A stretch of DNA of 64,000 nucleotides from Botryllus schlosseri (Eukaryota): NCBI GenBank assembly GCA_051294905.1, contig CM119375.1:7130001-7194000 (forward strand), written 5' to 3'. Of the stretch, positions 1-11,145 are shown one piece after another. Within the stretch, counting starts at the first letter, position 1. Every line of letters starts with the position of its first letter. Position numbers and translations under genes: made by a program. Under the pieces are notes generated by a model. It was not told the DNA's origin. It searched no databases and saw only the letters and a list, made by a program, of their open reading frames with translations.

Positions 1-156
1 CTGCTGTTGAACAACTTTCTCCTTTCTTGGCAAGCTTCTTAGTAAGGACATGCACTTTCTACCCAAGAATGAAGGAAAGTAGCCTATCTCTCGCTGTACT
101 ACAACCTTAGAAATTTAGAGGTTCACGTTCACAAGCCAACCTTGGTATGTTCTGCA

Positions 157-187
157 CAGGGATATCAACAAGTTCTAGATATCCCTG
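157..187. mobile_element. 31-bp hairpin micro-insertion (CAGGGATATC...GATATCCCTG)
   Basis: Flanked by gttctgca (149-156) and attctgca (188-195). Near-identical to 7139-7166. Confidence 0.65.
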
Positions 188-1132
188 ATTCTGCACTGTG
201 AACCGTTGTCATATATTACATTTTTTACTTCATTATAACATCTTCGTATGATATTTATTAGGCCTAGATTTCAACTGCGGGCCACTCTATGCATGTCGCT
301 GGCAGCATAAAAAATCAACACCAAACGAGCACGCACCGTGACAATCTCAAAAATATTACTTGCTTTGTTACAAAAGTTTGTTCGAAATATTCAGCTTTCC
401 GTTAGTAAATATTTAGTGAATCTCTGCTGTGAGCTTGACCCGCACACACAACTTCAAGAGCGAAATACACTACATTCAATCAGCGAATGATGCTTGTATT
501 CAACCAATCAATGAAATTGATATCTTTGTCTGATGTAACAAATCTAGCAGGCGTACGGGGTCAATCTTGACTTCATATGTTTATTGTACCATAAGAACCA
601 AGTCCATACGATTCGGGTGTTAGCTACTGCTGTATAACTTGTTAATGGGCTATATCGGTAGCAAGTATAGAAACCCGTTTTATACTCTGTTCAATATCAA
701 TGTAGCAATACTCAGACACCGAATACATTGTCCGGTCTGGCCTGGACCGTTAAGGCGTAAGCTTATATTCCCTTACAGGTCCCCGTCGATATTGTTGGCA
801 AAGCGACGGGGGATATTGATTTTATGGGATTATGATATATCATTTGATTTCCCCAGTTGAAACATTTGGCTACATATACGTCGATATGTGCTTCAGCATT
901 ACGGCATTATGTGGCCACAGCCACAGTCGTCGCTAGGTATCGTACTACATTAATATAGGCTATCACGTCACTGAAATGTAGGGTTGGAATTAGCAATATG
1001 ACGTCACGTGACGTCATGAGGTTGACGTTCGCGTTCACACAGTACCGAACCTTTCAGAGGTTCACACCATCCCCAGTAATGACCAGCACACGAGTCAGGA
1101 TCAGAGGCAAGTACAGTGCGTTGGACGTTTGT

Positions 1133-1138
1133 TTTATT
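1133..1138 (-). terminator. Polyadenylation signal AATAAA of tropomyosin
   Basis: TTTATT on plus strand, about 95 nt past the TAG stop. Confidence 0.7.
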
Positions 1139-1233
1139 AAAATTTAAATCCGTATCTTTATCTTGATATTATTAAAGGAACATGCATTTCAGTAACGAAT
1201 AGACTATTTGCCTCCAAAAACCGGGCATTCAAG

Positions 1234-4200
1234 CTACATTTCGCCCATTCCTTGGAGTGCAGCGTCCATCTCTTCCGACTGATTTTTGAGCTTGAGTTTT
1301 TCAGTGTAGAGATTATCTACAACGAGAGTAATCGGGAATTAATAAACCATTCTGATAGTGGAGGCAGGCATACGCAACACGCAGGGCCAACTGTACAAGA
1401 GCTTCCGGTTCAGGTAAATATACCGGAGAATCAACACAACGATGTTATTCTGCATTGCCATTAAGTTATTATTGAATTCAATTGTTAATATCAAGTACAT
1501 TTATTGGAATGATCATGTCGATTTCTATTGACTACCTGCCTATTTCAGAATATATAATACAGTACTATCTAGTAGTAATACAATTTCACACAGGCCTATA
1601 TGGGAACTGCGATGTAGAGCCAATCACGCATATGTAGCCGAATTCCATTGCCGTGACGCCGTATACTCTCAATAGACCAACAACAGCAGTGAATGTAAAT
1701 AACTCTAGGGACTTTTACGCAATACCAGACATGGATAAATTGCTTTAGTCACCTTCAAGTTCATCGACTTGCTGTTCAAATTTCATGACCGTCTTCTCAG
1801 CGAATTCGGCTCTCGTTTCTGACTGTAAATTGTAAATAATGAAAAAAAACAGGCCTATTGAAATACATTCATGATGTAATACTCACGTCCTTCAATCTAT
1901 CCGTAAGATTTTTAATTTCCTCTTCGAACTGGGCTTCTTTTTGGGAGTACTGAATCATCGAAAATAGGCGATAAGTCGAACGTAATAAGGTGATATAAGA
2001 TGAGTTACCTTTTCCGCTGCCGCTTCGAGAGATTTCAGGTTGTTAGTTACGTTTTTAAGTTCTTCTTCCAAATCGGTGGCTTTCCTGCGTGAAAGAAACT
2101 TGAATCATGGCTGCTTACTGCAAAGCCCAGTTCTACGATTCAAATGGATGAATAGAATCTGGAATTCATCAGTACTCGATGCCAACGAATATGCTTGATG
2201 TCTTACAGACAAACTGATGTTGCCATCGAAGTGGCAAGCAGTAGCTATTTAGTTGGGCCCAGTCTGTACATGCGATGTAGATATCACGCTGACAAGTTGT
2301 TAATGTGTCGAGGTCAAGGGATTCTGATCTAAATACTATAGCAAATCTTACGGGCAATTGAATGACATGATATCACACACCAGACGTGTGGGCACTGGTC
2401 AGTAACGATCGAAGTAGGCCTACTACTTTTTTCGGAGTTGGCTACTCAAGTGTTTGTCTACATGCCCTACTTACTCAAGCGGATATACTGTTAGACTACT
2501 TCTACACGAACATACTTTTGTACACTTTGGATTTGTAAAGTACAAAATAGTTTTTGGATAATTTTGCATGACTTTTACGAATGAAATTGTCACGACAGCT
2601 CAGCGAAATAGACCCTGTATCACGGGAACTGATATATCTTTCCTAAAGTGCACCTATAATCACATTGCCATTAGTCATTTTGTGTTAGCTGCGACGACAC
2701 ATCTTGCAATTAGAAAGTAGACCACCGGGTTGACTAATAAGGTATGAGACTTCTCGATCAAATCAACTTTTTGAAACGAATTTCTTGAGTATTTCGAGAT
2801 CTCTGTCTTTCTACTTTCACTTGAAAAGAAATAGTTTTGATATGTTTTGAAAATGGCTACTTCCATTTGTAGTATGGTATTACGGTATTAACTCTACTTC
2901 TACTTCTTCTTGGTTACCTCTCTCTCACATACACAAACACGCACATATAGTCCTACATATGGTTACAGTTAACATTGGTAACATCTGCTTAACGATTAAA
3001 AATTACCGTTTTCTGTTATTGCGAATTCCCCCGCTTCAAATATAAACACGCGTCAAAGTAAATATCATTTAAAGAGGAGGGCTAGAGGGGAATTTGTCAC
3101 AAATTCGAGACAACGCAGTTAACCATTCCAAATCAAAGGACGCAATTACTAAACGTGCAAAGCATTCAACATCTCTCACGTTTCAGCGATGTCTGCCCGT
3201 TCTTCGACGCGCTCCAAATCACCCTCGACCATCACGAGCTTTCTCGCTACTTCTTCGTATTTCCTGTCCGCCTCTTCCGCGATATTTTTGGCCTCTCTCA
3301 ATTGGATCTCTTGCAATTCCAACTTTTCCTCGTCTTTCAACGAGCGGTTTTCGATCACCTTGCGGCCTCTGCCAACGAAAAGAAATGTCTCGACTGTTGC
3401 GTCGGCTGCGTTTCGAATGCGCTGAAGACAAACCGTTCGCTCTCATCGGCTGCCTTCTCCGCCTCTTCCAGCCGCTGTACGGAAATGGTCAGTCTTTCCT
3501 GCGCTCTGTCAAGCTCTTCTTCTACGAGTTGGATTCGTCTGTTCAAGCTTGCGACATCTTGTTCCGCCTAGATGTAAGAACTTGGAGATAAACGAATCCA
3601 GGTTGTGAGATTATACCGTTCTACAGATCAGCTTTGTAATAGTACGACTCCCTTACAGAGATTTTGCGATTTGCTGTTCTTGCCTAATCGTGTCTTATGG
3701 TTAAGATGTAAGTTCTCGGATTAGATCAATTACAGGCTTGCATCTACGGTGACCAATGACCAATTGCCCATGCAGTATACTGTATAGTAGTCTTTCGGAG
3801 AAATTATGAAATCAAAAAGGAGTGCACTCGTGCATCTATCGTTGAGACGCAAGTTTTCGGATTCGATCAATTACAGCCTTGCATCTACAGTAGGGCTGTT
3901 CAAAAATAACCTTTTTTCCTGAATCTTGCTGGTTACTTAATTAAATCGTTAGGTTGCCTTAAAAAACGACGCACACCAAATTTGAATTCATTCCAACCAA
4001 TATTCGCGGATTTCGTAGAGTTTGAAAATTTTAAATTTGCCCAAAAATGCCAAAAAAAATTGTTTGCAAATTTTTCTGCCAACCCCATGAAATAGTTGCG
4101 CTGTCTTCAAAAACGATGCAAAAGAAATTTGACGCAATTCGAAGCCGTAGAAGCAGTTTTTCTTTGATAATTCTGGAATTATCCTTGATTGGTGGATCAT

Positions 4201-5263
4201 CCCAGAATTATCATCAAAAAACTTGAATAACTGCGCTTCTGCAGCTTGGAATTGAGTCAAATTTGTTTTGCATCGTTTTTGAAGACAGCGCAACAATTTC
4301 ATAAGGTTGGAAGAAAAATTTGAAAAAATTTTTTTTTTGCATTTTTAGGCAAATTCAAAATTTTCAAACTCTACGAAATCCGCGAATATTGGTTGGAATG
4401 AATTCAAATTTGGTGTGCGTCGTTTTTTAAGGCAACCTAACGATTTAATCAAGTAACCAGCAAGATTCAGGAAAAAAGGTTATTTTTGAACATCCCTAAT
4501 CTACAGTGAGCACTGAGCAGTGACCATGTAGTATAAGTTAGTCTTTTGAGGAAACTTATTAAATATAAAGACGTGCACTCCTGCAAAATTAGTTTGCGAA
4601 AATCGATTTCAAAGCGCACATACATCTCATGTTGTAACAAGTTCCTATAGATTTCGAATAAAATTGTATTGCATACGGCCGCTCACAAGAATAGATAACT
4701 CTATTGAATGAATTTCCGCGTAGCAAAGCGTTTTGTGCAACAATGTAATTTACAGTGGAATAGTGTGTATATTTCAGTTCTGTACCTCCTTCAATATAAT
4801 TTACTCGTATATCATTTATGAAAACCCTTTGATACAAAACTTCCGAAATCTCACACCCAACAGGCGAAATCCATCTCAAGCTACTACGATGTCAGCTAAC
4901 CTCAAGTCTCAAGCAAACTACGAAAGTAGAAAACATCTAATACTTGTTCCACATAGACTTACGTCCGAAGCTTTCTTGTCGGCCGCTTCGAGATTTTCGC
5001 TGGCCGCCCGCAATTTCTCCTGCGCCTGGTCGAGTTCGTCCTCTGTGGTTTTCAACCTCCTTCCCAGCAACTGCTGTTCTTCTTCAAGCTTCGAAACAAA
5101 TTATCAAGATAGGAATCACTGCAAACTTGCATATTAGCGATCTATTTACCTTGACAACTTTGTCTTCGGCGCACTTCTTGTCGACCTCAGCTTGCTCGGC
5201 TCTGTCGATGGCGCTTTCCTTATCGCGCTTGAGCATTTCCATCTTTTTCTTGATCGCCTCCAT
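1234..5263 (-). CDS. Tpm: Tropomyosin, 284 aa, striated-muscle type (9a-like C-terminus)
   Basis: Exons 5263-5150, 5088-4963, 3567-3434, 3368-3180 (vertebrate exons 4+5 fused), 2084-2009, 1949-1887, 1822-1753, 1316-1234. All introns GT-AG, phases consistent, total 855 nt = 284 aa + stop. [26 protein letters not shown]...[19 protein letters not shown]...[45 protein letters not shown]. Confidence 0.98.
2395..2921 (-). mobile_element. Family E hAT-like MITE (CAGAGGTGGTCA ends, AGTAGAAGTAG/TACTCAAGT subterminal motifs), degenerate
   Basis: Starts ctggtcagtaacga, has tacttctac motifs, ends ttggttacctct. Homologous to 29977-31711 and 63340-63677. Confidence 0.6.
3700..3890 (+). repeat. Degenerate tandem repeat (period about 141 bp) interrupted by the foldback MITE
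   Basis: ggatt(a/c)gatcaattacag(g/c)cttgcatctac occurs twice. The unit resumes after 4506 (gtgagcact...agtcttt...gtgcactc). Confidence 0.6.
3891..4498. mobile_element. Foldback hAT MITE, 608 bp, in tropomyosin intron 2
   Basis: TAGGGCTGTTCAAAAATAACC...GGTTATTTTTGAACATCCCTA with near-perfect inverted arms of about 270 bp. Perfect 8-bp TSD ATCTACAG (3883-3890 and 4499-4506). Confidence 0.95.
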
Positions 5264-5339
5264 TTTTGCGGGCTTTGGTGTATCCGGTACGCACAGAAGA
5301 TGATGATACGCGAAAGAGAGCTGCTTGCTACAAACCTAA

Positions 5340-5560
5340 CCACGTAGAAACTGTCCGACGTGAAGGCTTCGATCGCGCGCCTCGCTGAGTCCTCTGGGAG
5401 CCTCAAGTACAAGCTGAACAGCGGGCGCTTACGTCACCGACCCTGATAGCGATGAGTCCTGCTTACCATCTTGCAGCTGTCGCGCGCGAAGTCGCCTTTA
5501 TCGAGTGGCCGATTTCGAAGGAAACAAGCACGCGCGAGCCGGAATAAGTACAAAACTAAA
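5340..5560 (-). promoter_or_regulatory. GC-rich tropomyosin 5' region with candidate upstream exon ending ATG|GTAAGC
   Basis: CpG-rich patch. E-box CAGCTG at 5474-5479, CRE-like TGACGTAA (plus TTACGTCA 5429-5436), donor GTAAGC at 5466-5461 directly after ATG 5469-5467. Confidence 0.55.
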
Positions 5561-6618
5561 TTGATTCGTGTAATAATCTGAGGCCAGTTTTGTGACTTTC
5601 AGAATATACCCGTTTGAAAGTATTATAAACATAAACAATAAACATATTGTAATCTGTCCGACTCCATGCATCTTGCAATTTCATCTTGACTCTGCCAAGA
5701 TCTTTCTCGGGTAGACATTCAAGTCATTCTCCAAGGACTGGCGATTAGGAATAATTACGACTGCTACTATATAGCTTACTGCGCCTAATTTAACACTCTT
5801 GTTTATGCGACCGCTGTCACTCAAGTGAGTTTTGTCTGCTGTTTTGTCTTCAACTGTTTTGACTGCAAACTACATTATAATTGCGTGTTAGATTTTGTCA
5901 AGTGGTGAATATCGGATGTTGATTGATTCGCATCGGTTTTGTGTGGACATTGACATGGTAACTGGCGATAGAGAGCTGAGTTAACAAAATGAGGTTCACC
6001 GCCATCAGTCATATTGTTTTGATCGTAAAAATGCAGAGAGTATAGTTCTTTCTGTAGCGAACATCAATCTAAAATAACACTCTGACTACTTTTTGAATGG
6101 ACTTTTCTGCTATACGCTGACATTGGATATTTCCCTCAAAGTAGCAAGCATCAGAAGTACCATCAAAAATGCCCCAAACTCACCACAAAACTACTTTACA
6201 CTGTTTAAAATGAAAGTGTAAAGTAAGTAGATTTGTCTCAAAATTAGTCTGAAAACACTATCACTGGAGTAAGTATAGTGCAAGCAGGCTACTCGAGTAC
6301 TCCGATGAAGTCAAATTACTTCGCTACTGATCACCTCACATCAAGTCACGAAAATCCCGCATATGATGTTATGAAATGTCATCTACGCTACAGCATGTTC
6401 AAAAGCAATTAAAAGGAATTTGATGTAACTAAAATATAATAGTCATTTATTTGCGGCGATATCATATTGCAATATGTGTAGGCTACTATGATTTTGATAC
6501 TTGGTTATTGCGTAATTATGAAATGAAAATGCTCTGCGTATTGTACAATGTAAACCAGCGCACAGTGTATGTATAGTGTACGTACATTATTTATGGTGTG
6601 CATGACAACTGACTAGAC

Positions 6619-6660
6619 CAGGGGTCCGAAACTCAAATGTGCTCGCGGGCCAATTTCCTA
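6619..6660 (+). mobile_element. Left end of Charlie-like hAT MITE
   Basis: CAGGGGTCCGAAACTC...GCTCGCGGGCC, related to the 26770 element. No right end found. Confidence 0.5.
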
Positions 6661-7138
6661 GTTTTCGATGACGCCTTGATGACCTTGCAGATTTCCATTC
6701 CACAAACATGGGGCAAATGCAATTTACTATTGTACTATTCACGCTTGACCCACAATAAATCACACTTTCAAGTATTTGAAAATAACAGGTTTTGTGATGG
6801 GCATAATTTGTCTAAATATCGAGTTATAGACACCATGCGAGAGGACAAATGCATCATGACATCGTAAAAGCTGTCACGTTATAATATTGCAGCTAGCGGA
6901 GATTTGACGTGTCGCAGTTATAGGTGGAACATTTTAGAATTTAGCAAAGATTGATCTGATACCAGAGTATATCAGCAGTGTAGCCTAATCCGGGATTTTG
7001 GTATAGTCCTAATAAGCATAGCGATAGGCTATTGTTCATGTCATTGCCAAAGTCAAATTAAATCAGCGTTCGATTTGCCTTCGACAGATCAATAACAACT
7101 CAAATGTATTAATTATTGTTTCATAGTATGGCAGTGTT

Positions 7139-7166
7139 CAGGGATATCTAGTTCTAGATATCCCTG
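7139..7166. mobile_element. 28-bp perfect hairpin micro-insertion CAGGGATATCTAGTTCTAGATATCCCTG
   Basis: 13-bp stem with 2-nt loop, flanked by direct repeat cagtgtt (7132-7138 and 7167-7173). Confidence 0.7.
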
Positions 7167-7952
7167 CAGTGTTTCTTAACCTTTTTAGCGATCGTACCCC
7201 TTGTGCTTTCAAGAAGATTTCTCGAATACCCCATGTTCATTTCCAAAACAATTTCCGAAGGTAGGCCTACCTATATTCAAATCAAAAAGACTATCCACAT
7301 AAATCGCGCGTAGCGCGAAGAATATCTTTCAGTTGAATAAATTAGTCCAGAAAATATTCCACTTTTTGTTCGTTTGAAAAGTAACTCGAGTCATTTTAAT
7401 TATATCATCCAGTAAGTCCGAATTCGAGTAATTTTACGAACGGTCGCACCAATACCCATCCATATCACAATTTTCAGTCACGAAATCATTAACGGGTCAA
7501 GTTTTGTGATCATGAACTAAAGATGTGACATAATGGGATATGTTCGCACCACTATGAACGCACCACTTGGCTGGTTTATGGAGAGCACAAGGGTATTCAG
7601 CTACATTCGGATTTGTTACCCTTTAATTCATATTTACAAATATATGTACCCAAAATGGTATACGATTCAGTTTGCGACATGTTTCTTATCATATTACCAT
7701 ACTCTTCACACGCAGGCTACATAAGAAGTTACTATACATATCCACAATTGAAGATATGTTATAAGTGTGAATGGAAAATACATAACAGATATATTAGTAT
7801 GGAAATGCATTTGCTCTGAACTACATGTTGGCAGGCGCAACTATACCCGATTCACACTACACCATCGGTTTGAAAAGTCGAAGCGCATTGCATAGCTGCG
7901 CTGGGGTTGTCAGATTGTTGGCTAACAGTAGGCGAGTCAAATCGGTATCTGC

Positions 7953-8571
7953 CAGTGATGAGCATCGGAGCGGAGTCGGAGTGGATTCGGAGTGGAGTTT
8001 TGCCGATTTTGTGACAGTCGAAGCGGAGTCGGAGTTCACTACAGATATTTTTTCGGAGAATTTCGGAGTATTGTAATTTTTGTCTCCGATATCGTTGGAC
8101 AGGTCTTACCAGAATACACTATTGATTATGATTACAAACCAAAACACAGACAGTTGACACCTTGCTAAGTTGTAATATGACGGGTAACATGCAAAAATGA
8201 TTGCCAAATGCATAAAAATCAGCCATCTGCGTAGCAATTGCGGACTTGAGAGTAGACAATACTATAAGGTCAACCGTATTATCACATTCATTTAGTAAAA
8301 CACATTACCAAGTGTACCATGCTTGCAACTCTAATGATATACTATGGTTAAAATGATATGATTGGCCACGAGCTATCTCAACCTAATGATCTAGCAAGGC
8401 ATTTTCGTTGAGCATTGTCTGTAGTTAATTATGTTTCGGATACTTGACGAGATTCATCGGAGTATCTCGGAGTCTGGGATTGAGCTCTTCGGTGTCGGAG
8501 GGAGTTTTCCTCAGACACTAAAGTTGTCGGAGGGATTAGGAGTCTCGAAAAGCACTATCCGCTCATCACTG
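7953..8571. mobile_element. hAT-like MITE with GGAGTC/TCGGAG subterminal repeats
   Basis: 11-bp TIR CAGTGATGAGC / GCTCATCACTG. Degenerate TSD gtatctgc / gtgtgtgc (6/8). Confidence 0.75.
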
Positions 8572-9480
8572 GTGTGTGCCTCACCTGGTCATTGTTTCGC
8601 TGCGCTGCCATTGTACGCAACAGTGCCGGATTTCAAATTCATTGGCGATTTTGATGTTGTTCTGCTGGTGTTCTGCTTCTGACGCTATTAATATTTAGAT
8701 TTTCGCAATCAGTTTGACAATAGCATTCGACTAATACCAGTTATTGCAAATTTTGATCGGTTATGGTGATTGCGCTATCACAGGTGAGGCTTGGTGAGTC
8801 TGTGAATCACCAGTGCTTCACCTCTCCTTTCGTGCTCTATTTTGAATGGTTTGCATTCAAAATTAGTCAAGTCATTCATGAGTATCGATGGAAAACTACA
8901 CATAATTATATTGGTGTTATAGTCGTTGTAGGTGTCACAATTTTCTTTTACTAATCATGACTACGGGCGAGGCACTGTTTCACTTGCCTCCCCTGACTGC
9001 GCGTCACTGCTTCCGATTATAGACTTAGGCAAGAAGGCAACTCGTTCTCCCGCTCACAAGAGGGAAGTAGAGAACACAATTGAACTTGAACTCTGACAGA
9101 CTCGGTGTCTTGTTGATGTTTCGTATTAATCTTCAGGCGCAACGCCACATACGGGGTAAACAACTTCACGGCAATCCAATGAAATTAGACGCCAAATGCT
9201 ACTGTTCATGGGTGCACAGGTTTTTCGACGCTTTCCATGAGCTTATCTTCCGTTTTCACCATCGAGTGTGTAAATGACAACTAACCGACGGTGCCTAATC
9301 TTGCATTCCGCAAATAATAATGATTTGCCGACATGAACTGAATTCGGTCCACCGTACTTAGCAATTTATTCCAGCGTAAGACCTCACGTCATGGTGCATT
9401 GCTGTCCTGCAGAAGTCGGTTGGTTTGATTCGGGGAACGAGCATAGAGAAGTTCTGCTGCATCCTGTCTAATAGGCCTAC

Positions 9481-9574
9481 TATATAAGCGAGGCTGTGCG
9501 ACAGGAGACACTACAACCTTTCGTGGACTCTTATACTGACATCTACATCTACATTCATCAAATCGATGGTAAGA
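9481..9574 (+). promoter_or_regulatory. TATA box plus short first exon ending ATG|GTAAGA (downstream exons unidentified)
   Basis: TATATAAG 9481-9488, GTGCGA motif, upstream CACGTCA, pyrimidine-rich leader, ATG 9566-9568 followed by consensus donor. Confidence 0.45.
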
Positions 9575-10551
9575 TAACATTACAATTGCTACAGCGTACG
9601 ATGATATGGTGTTTATGCGTAGTTCTCCGTCCGCATGTACTATGTACTGTACAAGTGTACATATCACCAGAGTAATTAGACGCAAAAAGTAGCTTGTAAT
9701 TCCTTGCCACTTATCTTGCAAAGTTCAAGGGCATGGTACTAACCAGTTCGCGGACATTTCAAAGGCAATTAAAAGGAATTTGCTGTCACTAAAACAAAAT
9801 TCAGATATTACTGACAGCGGCATGATGTTGCAATATATATATAGGTATACGTGACTATCTAAGCGTTGTGGTTGTCGTTACATTTGTTTCACAATTCTCG
9901 GTGTCTTTGGTGGTGGTTTGACGTAATTCTATGAACGTACCACTTGGCCGGCCCTTGAGCAAATATAGAAACATACATGATGCGAAGATAGGAATTTTGC
10001 ATTCGACGCGACTACGCGACACACGTCTTCGCTTACGCAGGTTAGAAATTGGTTATAAAATTCGTGCTGCGACTGCCTCAGCAGTAATCCTTCGCTGCAG
10101 ATGTCCAGTCAATTTCCAATAGAGGGTACAATAAGGGTATGCAAAGGGGTATATCAGCTCGAATCGAGATATAGACGCGATCTGGTGAAGTAATAACCGT
10201 TATCGAAATGAACTCGTATCGTCCAGCGAATTGATTGTCTCATGGGCTGGGTGCGTGTCGTCTGCAGCGAATATCGGTAGAACATTCATTTATCCACAAA
10301 AAGGGCATAAGCAATCACCGTAGGCTTCCTCGGAGAAATAATTCAGTAGAACGTGTATAATTTAGGAGACGTCGAGACGACACATTGTGTAGTGACTTCC
10401 CGAATATGTTGTCGTCAAAATATACAAAATTCATGAATTTTGCAGCGTGAAGCAACGAAATATCCCTCAAATAGCATGGATTAATGTCAGTAAATCAACT
10501 GTCGAAACTCTTCATGTAACACGTTGTAGATGTAATTCAGATTGGAATTAT

Positions 10552-10850
10552 CCCAGTTCGTCCCTCGCGAACGGTGGTTGAGTACGATGAAAATGGTTCG
10601 CGGACCTATAGCATGCGGCCCAGCTCGTCCGTCGCCAACGATGGATGCGTTGTGCGTACGATGAAAATAGTTCACGGACATATCAGCATGCGGCCCAGTA
10701 CGTCCCTCGCGAAGGATGGTTGCGTACGGTGAAAATGGTCTGCGGACATATTAGCATATAGCCTACGGCACTAATGCATGTCGGATTGTCGATTAAAGTC
10801 ATGCTGAAGGTTGGGTTAGGGTTAGATTTCGGGTTAGGGATTGTAAGGGT
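10552..10850 (+). repeat. Three degenerate 67-75 bp tandem units followed by GGGTTA-like repeats
   Basis: cccag(t/c)(t/a)cgtcc...gaaaat(g/a)gt...gcatgcgg units start at 10552, 10619 and 10694. ggttgggttagggttagatttcgggttaggg lies near 10810-10840. Confidence 0.7.
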
Positions 10851-11145
10851 TGATGTTGAGTTGGGAGTTGTATCGGCATGGTAAAGTCAAAGTGTCTCTT
10901 GTGTCAGATTGTTTAAGTCTTAGGAGTTACATCGTTTGCACGCGTTTGATTATTCCTGACTATACAGTACTTTGGGAGATATTAGCCAAAAGTATGTTGA
11001 AATGTAGGTAGCTGCATATCCCATAGCTATATGTGTATCACTGTATCGGTATATATATAAGCAGTTTCAAATCACTTTATCGTAAAATTCACTTATTCGA
11101 TTGAAAACCTGCTAATGACTTGCACCGTGTAATCCCGCATCCGAT

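Noticed and set aside
1-105. Open minus-strand frame VVVQREIGYFPSFLGRKCMSLL... after a possible acceptor; candidate alternative Tpm last exon or neighbouring gene
   Set aside because: In the phase Tpm requires it reads a 15-aa non-coiled-coil peptide; the other frame is short, runs off the window and has no recognisable homology.
3094-3591. Several plus-strand ORFs of 78-165 aa (also 4733-5303)
   Set aside because: Antisense shadows of tropomyosin exons.
3988-4302. 104-aa ORF
   Set aside because: Lies within the palindromic MITE; no transposase motifs.
10810-10845. Telomere or chromosome-fusion relic
   Set aside because: Only a few imperfect GGGTTA units embedded in a repeat.
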